A DNA stretch of 32,000 nt from the NCBI GenBank assembly GCA_000175855.1, contig ACYB01000046.1, positions 180,001 through 212,000 on the forward strand, read 5' to 3'. Below, one piece after another: positions 21,056 through 30,827 of this stretch. This DNA comes from Raphidiopsis brookii D9 (lineage in GTDB: Bacteria; Cyanobacteriota; Cyanobacteriia; Cyanobacteriales; Nostocaceae). The notes beneath the pieces were generated by a model. The model ran no database searches. It worked only from the letters and a program-made list of their open reading frames with translations, and was not told the origin of the DNA. Made by a program: the position numbers and the translations under genes. The first letter of the stretch is position 1. Each line of letters opens with the position of its first letter.

Positions 21056-22120
21056 ATGACTAGTTCTATGATCCCCGTTATTTTGGCTGGTGGTAAGGGC
21101 GAGCGTTTTTGGCCCCTAAGTCGCAAAGACAAACCTAAACAGTTCTTAAATCTGGATGGCAGTTCCCAAAGTTTACTGCAATCCACAGCCAAGCGACTGC
21201 TAAATGTCTCTGGAGGTTGGGATAATCTGTGGGTAATCACTTCCAGCCAAATATCTCAAGGTGTAGAACAGCAATTGCCCAACCTGTTATCCTCAAACCT
21301 GTTAGTTGAATTAGAGGGTAGGGATACAGCAGCTGCGATCGCCTGGGCAAGTTTGGAAATCCAGAAGCGTCATGGGGATGACACTGTGATTGGATTTTTC
21401 CCTGCTGATCACTGGATTGCTGACCAAGAGGGGTTTGAAAATACTCTCAGTGCTGCTACCCAATTAGCAACTAGCACAGAGGCCATCGTCACTTTGGGGA
21501 TTAAGCCTAGTTTTCCATCCACTGCTTATGGCTATATTGAACAGGGTGAAAGGGTTGGTAAATTTAATAATTTACTAGCCTATCACGTGAACCGGTTTAC
21601 TGAAAAGCCCAACCGAGAAATAGCTGAACATTTTTTATCCACAGGCCGTTTTAGCTGGAATAGTGGTATGTTTGTATTTCGCGCTGGAGTCATACTACAA
21701 GAATTACACACCCATACTCCAGAAATTGTCATCCCTTTAGCAGAACATGGACCTGATATTTACCCTTCCTTGCCTAAGCAAAGCATAGATTATGCCCTCA
21801 TGGAAAAGACTAATTTGGCTTATGTCTTACCAGTAGAATTTGGCTGGGATGATCTAGGAGACTGGAATGCCATTGAACGTCTACTCAAAACCCAGGAAGA
21901 TCAAAATGTAGAATTAGCTACCCATGTAGGTCTCCATACCCAAGGAACTATTATTTATGCTTCCGATCCCAATGATTTAGTTGTCACTATCGGTTTAGAA
22001 AATTTGGTCATTGTGCGCGATCGCAATGTTACTCTAATAGTTGACAAAGATCGAACTCAGGAAATTAAACAGGTGTTAAAGAAACTACAGAGTGATCCGC
22101 GATTTACGGATCTATTGTAG
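21056..22120 (+). CDS. manC: Mannose-1-phosphate guanylyltransferase
   Basis: IPVILAGGKGERFWPLSRKDKPKQFL, VTLGIKPSFPSTAYGYIEQG, FTEKPNREIAEHFL...FSWNSGMFVFRA, FGWDDLGDWNAIE motifs. Confidence 0.92.
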   Translation: MTSSMIPVILAGGKGERFWPLSRKDKPKQFLNLDGSSQSLLQSTAKRLLNVSGGWDNLWVITSSQISQGVEQQLPNLLSSNLLVELEGRDTAAAIAWASLEIQKRHGDDTVIGFFPADHWIADQEGFENTLSAATQLATSTEAIVTLGIKPSFPSTAYGYIEQGERVGKFNNLLAYHVNRFTEKPNREIAEHFLSTGRFSWNSGMFVFRAGVILQELHTHTPEIVIPLAEHGPDIYPSLPKQSIDYALMEKTNLAYVLPVEFGWDDLGDWNAIERLLKTQEDQNVELATHVGLHTQGTIIYASDPNDLVVTIGLENLVIVRDRNVTLIVDKDRTQEIKQVLKKLQSDPRFTDLL

Positions 22121-22159
22121 GCAAAGGCTTGACGTTTCAGCACGTATTCTAATTTTGTT

Positions 22160-23140
22160 ATGTCAATTATCCAAGCTCAAAATCTTAGCAAATCATATTC
22201 AGTTGGTATTAAACAACCTGGTTTTGTTGGTACAATAAACCACTTCTTCAATCGTCAATATCGTCAAATTCAAGCTGTTAAGGATGTAACCTTTACCATA
22301 GAACCTGGAGAAATAGTGGGGTTTCTAGGGCCCAATGGTGCGGGTAAAACCACGACGTTAAAAATGTTGACCGGTCTAATTCATCCTTCCAGGGGATCAC
22401 TAAAAGTGGCAGGATTCAGCCCTTTTCGTCGTCAGGAAGCATTTTTGCAAAGAATTACCCTAGTTATGGGACAAAAGCAGCAATTATTATGGGATTTACC
22501 AGCCATAGATTCCCTAAAAATTAATGCTGCAGTATATAATATATCCGATAGAGAATTTCAGCAACGAGTTGGTGAACTAACAGAAATGCTTTCCCTGGGT
22601 GGCAAACTAAACCAACCAGTCAGGAAACTTTCTCTAGGTGAAAGAATGAAGGCAGAAATTTTAGCCGCTCTTTTACACCGTCCCCAGGTTCTATTTTTAG
22701 ATGAACCAACTCTGGGACTGGATATTAACGCCCAGGTTAACGTAAGAGACTTCTTAAGAGAATATAACCAACTTTATCAATCTACTATATTATTGACAAG
22801 TCACTACATGGCGGATATCACAGCGCTTTGTGAAAGAGTATTAGTGATTCACCAGGGGAAACTGATGTATGATGGCAGATTAGAAGAATTAATACAGAAA
22901 TTTGCCCCCTATCGTCAAATCTATATAGAATTGTCCCAGTCGCTACCTATTGAAAAACTTACTCACTATGGAGAGGTAGAACATCTAGAAGGTAGAAGAG
23001 TTAGTTTACTGGTGCAAAGGGAAGGTCTAACCCGCACCCTAGGACAAATATTAGCGGATTTAGACGTGGTAGATTTAACTGTCAACGAACCACCAGTGGA
23101 AGAGGTAATAGGTAGAGTTTTTCAATCTGTTGTTATATGA
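22160..23140 (+). CDS. ABC transporter ATP-binding protein
   Basis: Walker A GPNGAGKTTTLKML, signature-like LSLGERMKAEI, Walker B VLFLDEPTLGLD. Confidence 0.94.
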   Translation: MSIIQAQNLSKSYSVGIKQPGFVGTINHFFNRQYRQIQAVKDVTFTIEPGEIVGFLGPNGAGKTTTLKMLTGLIHPSRGSLKVAGFSPFRRQEAFLQRITLVMGQKQQLLWDLPAIDSLKINAAVYNISDREFQQRVGELTEMLSLGGKLNQPVRKLSLGERMKAEILAALLHRPQVLFLDEPTLGLDINAQVNVRDFLREYNQLYQSTILLTSHYMADITALCERVLVIHQGKLMYDGRLEELIQKFAPYRQIYIELSQSLPIEKLTHYGEVEHLEGRRVSLLVQREGLTRTLGQILADLDVVDLTVNEPPVEEVIGRVFQSVVI

Positions 23141-23925
23141 AGTATTTTTTCAGAAAGGCCCACATCCTCCTCACAGTGTATTACGCCTACATGCTAGAAT
23201 ATCGCTCAGAACTACTGTTATGGGTTTTATCTGGTTCCTTACCCATAATTATTATGGGTGTGTGGAATAAAGCAGCACAGGGGGGAAACTTTGGTTTAAG
23301 TCCACTTGACTTTACCCGCTATTTTTTTGCAGTATTTCTATTTAGACAACTGACAGTTGTTTGGGTAATTTATGATTTTGAAAGAGAAGTGGTCGAGGGG
23401 AAACTTTCCAATCGATTATTGCAACCCTTAGACCCGGTATTTCATCATCTTGCTAGTCATATTGGTGAAAGATTTGCCAGAATGCCATTTGTTGTGGCAA
23501 TTGTGGGAATATTCTTCGCATTTTACCCTCAAGCTTTCTGGATCCCGAGTTTTACTAACTTTTTTTGGTTTACCCTAGCTGCAGTCCTATCTTTTGCATT
23601 GAGGTTCCTAATTCAGTATACCCTAGCAATGTTAGCCTTTTGGACTGAAAGAGCTACATCCCTAGAAAACTTTTGGTTCTTATTATTTCTGTTTCTATCA
23701 GGTATGATTGCACCCCTAGAGGTTTTTCCCCCAGCGGTCAAGAACTTCGCCTTATGGACACCATTTCCCTACCTAATTCATTTTCCTGCAAGCATTTTAG
23801 TAGGTTTACCCGTAGATTTAACCAGGGGATTTTTATCCATTTTAGCCTGGTTGTGCATATTTGGAGTAGCCAATCGCCTACTATGGCGCTTAGGGTTAAA
23901 GCAGTATTCAGGCATGGGAGCTTAA
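23137..23925 (+). CDS. ABC-2-type transporter permease
   Basis: 262 aa polytopic protein; start overlaps the ATPase stop by 4 nt (ATGA); FEREVVEGKLSNRLLQPLDPVFHHLASHIGERFARMPF and FLSGMIAPLEVFP motifs. Confidence 0.86.
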   Translation: MKYFFRKAHILLTVYYAYMLEYRSELLLWVLSGSLPIIIMGVWNKAAQGGNFGLSPLDFTRYFFAVFLFRQLTVVWVIYDFEREVVEGKLSNRLLQPLDPVFHHLASHIGERFARMPFVVAIVGIFFAFYPQAFWIPSFTNFFWFTLAAVLSFALRFLIQYTLAMLAFWTERATSLENFWFLLFLFLSGMIAPLEVFPPAVKNFALWTPFPYLIHFPASILVGLPVDLTRGFLSILAWLCIFGVANRLLWRLGLKQYSGMGA

Positions 23926-26093
23926 TTTTCCTTTCTCATAGATAAACTGATACGTTTTAACTTTTCATTCACCTCCAGCACTCTTACCTTTACCAACTGT
24001 CCCACCTTAACTATGGTTTTGGGATCCTCCACAAATCTATCTGCTAATTGGGATATGTGAACCAATCCATCCTGATGAACTCCAATATCAACAAATGCAC
24101 CAAAATTAGCCACATTAGTAATAATTCCTTCCAATTCCATACCCACCGTTAAGTCCCTAATTTCCCTAATTCCCTCCCGGAAGGTAGCATATTTAAATTC
24201 CGCACGAGGATCTCTTCCTGGTTTTTCCAGTTCCCTGAGAATATCTCGTAAAGTAGGCTCTCCAATGGCATCAGTAAGGTATTTTTTGATGCCAGTTTTT
24301 TTCAGCCGTTCCGCTATTTGAGTAACTTGATTTAAGGGTACTTGTAAATCCCCTGCTATCTTTTCTACCAGGAGATAACTTTCTGGATGAACTGCAGTAT
24401 TATCCAGAGGATTTTCCCCATTTCTAATTTTTAAAAACCCTGCTGACTGTTCAAATGCTTTCGGACCAAGTTTTGGCACTTTCAACAATTGTTGACGATT
24501 TTTAAATGCCCCATATTGATTGCGATAGGTGATAATATTATTAGCAACTGTAGGGGTAATTCCAGAAACAAATGTCAACAGTTCTTTAGAAGCAGTATTC
24601 AAGTCTACCCCCACATAGTTGACACAACTTTCAACGGTTTCATGTAATTTCTTTTTCAGGAGTTTTTGATCCACATCATGCTGATATTGTCCTACCCCAA
24701 TGGATTTGGGGTCAATTTTTACCAATTCAGCTAGGGGATCTTGCAATCTTCTCCCAATACTAATTGCACCTCTGACAGTTACATCTAAATCAGGAAATTC
24801 CTCTCTAGCTACTTCACTAGCTGAATATATGGATGCACCGGATTCATTCACTATAACCTTAATTGGTTTGGAGTGGCAATCTCTTAAAACCTCGGTGATA
24901 AATTCATCTGTTTCGCGGGATGCTGTGCCATTGCCAATTGCTATTAGTTGAATGTCATACTTTTCTATGAGCTTTTTTACCATCTGAACCGCTTTTTGCC
25001 TCTGTTCCCCTCCCTGGTGAGGAAAGACAGCTTGATATTCTAGAAATTTACCTGTTGGATCTAAAATCGCTGTCTTACAACCCGTTCTAAACCCTGGATC
25101 TATGGCCAAAGTGGGTTTCATCCCTGCGGGTGCAGATAATAACAACTCCCTTAAATTTGCTTCAAAGGTTTTAATGGATTCAATATCAGAATAGGTTTTC
25201 TTTTCACTAATTACTTCATTAATTAATGAGGTCTTCATCAAGCGGTTAAAAGCATCCTTTAACATAGCTTGGTAGAACTGTCTGATATTTTGTGTTCGGG
25301 TGTGAATTTCCTGGGATTCCAAATAAGCAAGTAGAAAATCTTGGTCAAAACCAATGTCAAAGATTAACAGTTTTTCCACTTCTCCCCTACTTAAAGCTAA
25401 CATATTATGGGGAGCAATATTTTTGACTTTGACCTGATAGTTACGGTACATTTCAAATTTAGTTGTCCCTTCCCCATATTCCTCTTTGATTCGGGAAATA
25501 ATCACACCCGTTTCCAATATATATCCCCTGATATAGGCTCTTAAATGAGCCTTATCAGCTATCTCTTCTGCCAAAATATCACTAGCGCCTTTTAACGCCT
25601 CTTCACTAGTATTCACGCCTTTTTCCCGGGCAACATATTTACCTGCTACGGAATCCAGGGAAATGGATGCACCATTTTTCACATTTAATGATTTAATCAA
25701 TGCTGCTAAGGGTTCCAGACCTTTTTCTCGAGCAATGGTAGCACGAGTGCGACGCTTTGGTTTGTATGGTAAGTATAAATCCTCTAATTCCGTTTTCTGT
25801 AAGCAGGAGTTGATTTTCTCTTCCAGTTTGTCCGTGAGTTTACCTTGTTCTGATATGGCGCTTAAAACTGCCCGTTTTCTCTCTTCTAGTTCTGTCAAAT
25901 ATGTATATCTATCGGATAAATCTCGTAGTTGTACTTCCGTCATTTCTTGGGTAAGTTCCTTACGGTAACGTGCAATAAAGGGAATAGTTGCACCTTCAGC
26001 TAAGAGATCTAAGGCGTTTTCTACCTGGTTGACTTTAAGTCCTAATTCAAGAGCGACTAATTGGGGAATATTCAACATATTTTTAGTAATCAA
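23922..26093 (-). CDS. tex: Tex family RNA-binding transcription accessory protein
   Basis: 723 aa; GATIPFIARYRKELT, GASIYSASEVAREEFPDLDVTVRGAISIGRRLQDPLAELVKIDPKSIGVGQYQHDV and C-terminal S1 domain GMELEGIITNVANFGAFVDIGVHQDGLVHISQL. Confidence 0.96.
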   Translation of the reverse strand: MITKNMLNIPQLVALELGLKVNQVENALDLLAEGATIPFIARYRKELTQEMTEVQLRDLSDRYTYLTELEERKRAVLSAISEQGKLTDKLEEKINSCLQKTELEDLYLPYKPKRRTRATIAREKGLEPLAALIKSLNVKNGASISLDSVAGKYVAREKGVNTSEEALKGASDILAEEIADKAHLRAYIRGYILETGVIISRIKEEYGEGTTKFEMYRNYQVKVKNIAPHNMLALSRGEVEKLLIFDIGFDQDFLLAYLESQEIHTRTQNIRQFYQAMLKDAFNRLMKTSLINEVISEKKTYSDIESIKTFEANLRELLLSAPAGMKPTLAIDPGFRTGCKTAILDPTGKFLEYQAVFPHQGGEQRQKAVQMVKKLIEKYDIQLIAIGNGTASRETDEFITEVLRDCHSKPIKVIVNESGASIYSASEVAREEFPDLDVTVRGAISIGRRLQDPLAELVKIDPKSIGVGQYQHDVDQKLLKKKLHETVESCVNYVGVDLNTASKELLTFVSGITPTVANNIITYRNQYGAFKNRQQLLKVPKLGPKAFEQSAGFLKIRNGENPLDNTAVHPESYLLVEKIAGDLQVPLNQVTQIAERLKKTGIKKYLTDAIGEPTLRDILRELEKPGRDPRAEFKYATFREGIREIRDLTVGMELEGIITNVANFGAFVDIGVHQDGLVHISQLADRFVEDPKTIVKVGQLVKVRVLEVNEKLKRISLSMRKEN

Positions 26094-26294
26094 TAATACT
26101 GAAAACGTTAAAGTCCTGACAAAATGGAAGGTTCAGATAACTAGCAATTATTGGCAAATCATTCAAATGTCAACTAATTAACATATTTAGTTTCCCCAGC
26201 TATTGTAAAGTAAAGTTAATCAATTATATAATTTCTTCTTATTTCCAGTGCGGGTTGACTTTTTCAATTTCAACCTCCTGTTTTAGTTCAGGAT

Positions 26295-26525
26295 GTGATT
26301 AAAATGCCCTTGTTTTTTCTAGTTCCAGTACTTACCGCTTGTATAACTGGTTATTTTTTCAATAAAAAAAATCTGGAGATTGCTTATATTGCTGGTATAC
26401 TAACAGCTGTTACCCTGGTGGTGAGCCTGTTTTTAGCATCCTGGCAACTTCAGTTAGTGTTATTGGCAGTGATAATTTTCCTTTCTAACCAACTGTTGGC
26501 TAAAATTAACATTGACCGTTTTTAA
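26295..26525 (+). CDS. Small predicted membrane protein (start may be ATG 26304)
   Basis: 76 aa with two or three hydrophobic segments; no family recognised. Confidence 0.5.
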   Translation: MIKMPLFFLVPVLTACITGYFFNKKNLEIAYIAGILTAVTLVVSLFLASWQLQLVLLAVIIFLSNQLLAKINIDRF

Positions 26526-26537
26526 ACCAGGTGCAAT

Positions 26538-29143
26538 TTAGATTTCGCCCCTGACTAGTATAACTGTACTATTAACACCGGAGGCAATAGTTTCAGGAAT
26601 ATTACCGTGGATTGCCTGTTGTAATAGTCCCTCCCGGGAAGCACCTAAAACCACCACATCAAAACCCTCTGTATTAACCAATTCAATCACTGCTTGACTA
26701 ACCGACTCACCTTGTAAAGAAGCAGCAATTACTTCACCATGGATGTTTCGGTTACGAATTAGTTGTCGAGTAGATTCCTCTAAAACATGCATATCCGGTT
26801 CCTTTTCCCAGGGTTTCACTACCTGGGTAAGGCGAATTTGGGGGTTTTCTACTAAGCTTACTAAAGCTGGTAATAATTTAATAGCTAGGGGTGCATTTGG
26901 TCCTCCAGCCATGGGTACTAACCATCGATGGAAATTAGCAAGGTATGACTTATTATGTAAGCTACTTAATTTGACCAAAACAACATCACAGGTGGCTTGA
27001 CGAATAATCGTATCTACCACCGTACCGAAAATTCTTCCTGGTGTGGAAGTGTTTCCTTTCCAACCCATAAAAATTAAATCTATATGTCGTTCCTTAATGG
27101 TTTCTAAAATGGCCTGGGCCACATCATGCGCAACCCGTATTTGGGTGTGGATGGGAACTTGCCATCTTTTGGCTAGGGACTCGGCTTGTCTAAGTATCCT
27201 TTTGCTTTTTGTTGTTCTGACCTTGGTTTCAGAAGGAGAACTATGACGAGACACTAAAATAATCTGTAAGCATTCTAATTCATAATGGCGTTCTTGGGCA
27301 ATTGTGGCAGCCATTTCTAATAGAGTTTCCGCTGTATCTGGATTAGATAGGGTAACTAATAGTCTACCTCTTCCAGTACTAGGCGATCGCGTTTGATATA
27401 CCAGATATGATGGTTCTGGCTGAGGTCCAGAGGCGATATTTTTACAGTTAATGCTATCTGCTTCTGCTCTAATAATATCGCCACGAGTAATAATACCAAG
27501 AATTTTTTGTTTTTCTACCACCGGTAAGCGACTAATTTGGTGACGGTCTAATAGGTATAAAACTTCGCTTAGGCCTTGGTCTGGTTGCACGGTCACAGGT
27601 CCTGGTGTCATAATTTCCCGTAAAGTAGTATACTGGAACGGGTAGATGTTTTTAATATCTGACTGGGTGATAATTCCCACTAACTGACCCTGATCTACTA
27701 CTGGAAACCCTCGATGATGAGAACGAGAAAAGGCTTGAATAGCCTCTTTTATAGACATCTGGGCATCTAACGTTTCTACTCGTTTTTGCATTACATCTTC
27801 AGCTTTTAATTTAGTTAAAACACCTTCAATAGGACTATTTTTTTCAATGGTAATCCCATTTAGTTTCAGTAATTCATCATATAGTGAACCTGGTACAAAG
27901 TAGTCTGCAACTAAGTAAGCTGTTACAGCAACAATCATTAAAGGCAATACCAGATTAAAATCTGTAGTTAACTCAAAAACAATGACAATAGCAGTAATAG
28001 GAACCTTAGAAACTGCACTAAAGAAACCTCCCATTCCTGCTAAAGCGTAAGTATTAAGGGAACCAAAAACCCAAAAAATTGCACCTCAAAAACCCCAATA
28101 ATATGACCCAAACAGGAACCTAAAATCAAACTGGGGGCAAATAATCCCCCTGGGGCACCGGAACCAAAGGCAATTAGGGTAAGAATAAATTGACTAATGA
28201 AGGTAATAGTAGCTAACAGCAGATTAGGCTCACTAGCAATCATGTATTCTCTCAAACCAGCATTATCTCGATAATATTCTGGTAGCAAAGCCACAATCAA
28301 CCCAGAAATTAGACCTGCTAGAGCTACCCGTAAAGGTAAAGTAATATGCAATCTTTGATAAATTTTAAGACTAAGTCTTAGCCCATGACGAAACACAGCA
28401 CTGAATAAGCCAATAATTACCCCCAAAAGCAGAAAAATGGGAATTTCTGGGACGTAAAACTGAGCAGAATAGTTAACCAGTTCTCGATTGAGTTGTAAAG
28501 TTCCACCACCCAATAATCTGGAAATTACCCCCCCAATAAAACAAGCAATAATAGCAGTTCCCAGAGTTAATTCCGACAGGTCTTTCAGTAGTTCCTCAAT
28601 AATAAATAGCACTCCAGTAATGGGAGCATTAAAAGCAGCAGATAAACCTGCACCAGCACCTGCAGCAATCATTTGGCGACGATGTTCAGGAGATGTGGGC
28701 ACTAAACGGCTCATCCCTGCAGCTAAACCCGCACCAACCTGTATAGTCGGTCCCTGTCTCCCCAAAATTAAACCCGATCCCAAAGCAAAAATAGTACTGA
28801 TTAACTTAATCCCCACCACTTGCCAAGATAACCTGATAGGAACATTACCTAAACTGGCTTTCACTTGAGGTATACCACTACCAGCAGCTTCCGGAGCAAA
28901 TCGTTGGATTAACCAACCAGCAAAAAATCCAAAACTCATGCCAATCAGTGGTAATACTAACCAAGCTGGTAAAATATGGGTACTATGAATACGCCATGTT
29001 CCTAACCATCCGGAGCTCTGTTTGAGTAAAACAGCTGATACAGCAGCTACAATACCGATAATAGAGGCCTCCGCGATCGCCAGACCCTTTCTGGGTTGCC
29101 AGATTTGACGAAATTGTTTGGCGAGCCGATCAACAATCAACAT
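26538..29143 (-). CDS. CLC-type voltage-gated chloride channel/transporter fused to paired CBS domains and C-terminal universal-stress (USP) domains, with an apparent frameshift around 28065-28078
   Basis: ORF 28040-29143: GLILGRQGPTIQVGAGLAAG, GAGAGLSAAFNAPITGVLFIIEEL, GSGAPGGLFAPSLILGSCLG. ORF 26538-28034: MGGFFSAVSKVPITAIVIVFELT, CBS pair, USP-like regions. Removing one base from each of two A-runs joins them as QFLGFGSLNTYALAGMGGFF; corrected length 867 aa. Confidence 0.9.
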
Positions 29144-29162
29144 ATAGCAACGTATAAATGCT

Positions 29163-30491
29163 TTAATAACTTGTATTTATTCCATTTTTACCGATAGTGG
29201 AAAGGCCTTCTACTATAATAGAAGGAGTATAACAAGAACCGTTCCAATCAGCATCACCACCGATCTTAACTACCTGCTTGAGTGCAGTGTAAACATTACC
29301 AGCAACCATAGTATCTTTAACTCGACCGATAATTTCTCCTTTTTCCACTAGATATCCCAAATCAACATTAATAGCAAAATCCCCAGAAATTCCTCCGCTC
29401 CCACCCAGCATTTGATCCACAATTAAACCTGTATCCATAGATTTAATTAACTCCAGCAGGGATTCCCTACCGGGTTGGATGAGAAAATTAAACATACCAG
29501 GAGCGGGGTAGCTACCCAGACCTGGGCGAAAGCCATTACCTGTAGTTCCCATACCTAAGAGACTACCAGTAGTGCGATCGCTGTAGAAGTTGCGTAAAAC
29601 CCCCTGATCAACAAATATCAAAGACCGGGTAGGGGTGCCTTCATCATCAAAAGGACAGCTATAGGGACCTGCTTGGGGATCCTGATATAAAGTAAGATTA
29701 GGTGTCATAATTGACTGGCCCAATCTATCAGACCAGGGGGAGGCCCCTTCCCACACCTGTTTAGCATTTAGAGCAGCCTGTACAGTTCCCCAAAGCATAT
29801 CAGCAGCTTTAGATGTAAACAAAATAGGCGATCGCCGGGTGGGGGTAGGAACATTTTGTTCGGCCCAGGTTAATCGCTGGAGAATTTGATGTGCCACTTT
29901 TAGGGGGTCAAGTTGACCGCGTTGAGTTTGTCCATCAGCAACACTTAAAAAATCATCACCTCTAACCCATTCAGCGGACATATAGCAACTGAGGGTAGTG
30001 TCACTGTAATCACAGTTTAGACCCTGACTATTAATTAACCTAATACTTTCCACATCGCATTCCCAGTCACCATTACAAACAACATCGGGATAGAAGTCAC
30101 GCACCTCGGCGATCGCAGTTTTGCCCCAATTTATCAGTTGTTCTACGGATACGGAAATACCTATATCGAGGTAAGATTGGGGAGAATGGGAACCCAGTTC
30201 TACCGATTCTGGTTCATTTAGTTGACTCAGGGCTAGGGCCCGTTCTACCATTCCTTGGGGGTCTAAAGGACCGTAGGCCACAGTAAGTCCTGGGCGGCCA
30301 TTTTTCCACAGTCGGAGTGCAGCACCTTCGGACTGACTAGTTTCTAATTGTTTAAGACGATTAGCCTCAAAAAACACGGGACGAGAAAGTGAACGGGACT
30401 GATATACTTCTGCGGCCTCGGCCCCGGATTTTAAGGCTAGTTCCAGCAGCTGTTCAGCTTGTGTATCGTGGGAAAAGTTTGCAGGACCCAT
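29163..30491 (-). CDS. TldD/PmbA family metallopeptidase-like protein
   Basis: 442 aa; LLELALKSGAEAAEVYQSRS, SCPFDDEGTPTRSLIFVDQGVLRNFYSDRTTG, SGGISGDFAINVDLGYLVEKGE motifs. Confidence 0.9.
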   Translation of the reverse strand: MGPANFSHDTQAEQLLELALKSGAEAAEVYQSRSLSRPVFFEANRLKQLETSQSEGAALRLWKNGRPGLTVAYGPLDPQGMVERALALSQLNEPESVELGSHSPQSYLDIGISVSVEQLINWGKTAIAEVRDFYPDVVCNGDWECDVESIRLINSQGLNCDYSDTTLSCYMSAEWVRGDDFLSVADGQTQRGQLDPLKVAHQILQRLTWAEQNVPTPTRRSPILFTSKAADMLWGTVQAALNAKQVWEGASPWSDRLGQSIMTPNLTLYQDPQAGPYSCPFDDEGTPTRSLIFVDQGVLRNFYSDRTTGSLLGMGTTGNGFRPGLGSYPAPGMFNFLIQPGRESLLELIKSMDTGLIVDQMLGGSGGISGDFAINVDLGYLVEKGEIIGRVKDTMVAGNVYTALKQVVKIGGDADWNGSCYTPSIIVEGLSTIGKNGINTSY

Positions 30492-30732
30492 GTTCCTTAA
30501 TTCATGATAAGTGCTGTAAAACCTGAATGGGTTTTGCTAACGGAGGAATTTAGCTCTAGCCATAAAAGTCCATAAAAGTGTTGTACCTACAAACAGCTTA
30601 TCAAACCTGGGGAAAAAATTAGCAATTTCTTCTGTGGGAGTGAATTTCTAATCTTTTTTCCACATAGACGCAATTGTTTCCCTGTAGCACACTTTCAATG
30701 TGAATTTTAAGGCGTGTTCTTATGTAAACTGG

Positions 30733-30761
30733 TTGACATTTTCTCTAGACTAAGTTAAAGT
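30733..30761 (+). promoter_or_regulatory. Possible sigma70-type promoter upstream of the DevB-like gene
   Basis: TTGACA at 30733-30738, 17-nt spacer, TAAAGT at 30756-30761; only a partial -10 match. Confidence 0.35.
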
Positions 30762-30827
30762 GTGTTGAAATTGTACGAATTAACACTCTTTAGTTTAGTC
30801 AGCAATCTTCAATTTGTAAATTCTATC

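Noticed and set aside
20944-21240. 98-aa minus-strand ORF overlapping the manC start
   Set aside because: Shadow of the conserved nucleotidyltransferase N-terminus; no recognisable family.
30725-30739. Possible NtcA site GTAAACTGGTTGAC upstream of the DevB-like gene
   Set aside because: Right half is GAC rather than TAC, so it does not match GTAN8TAC; spacing relative to a promoter is also unconvincing.
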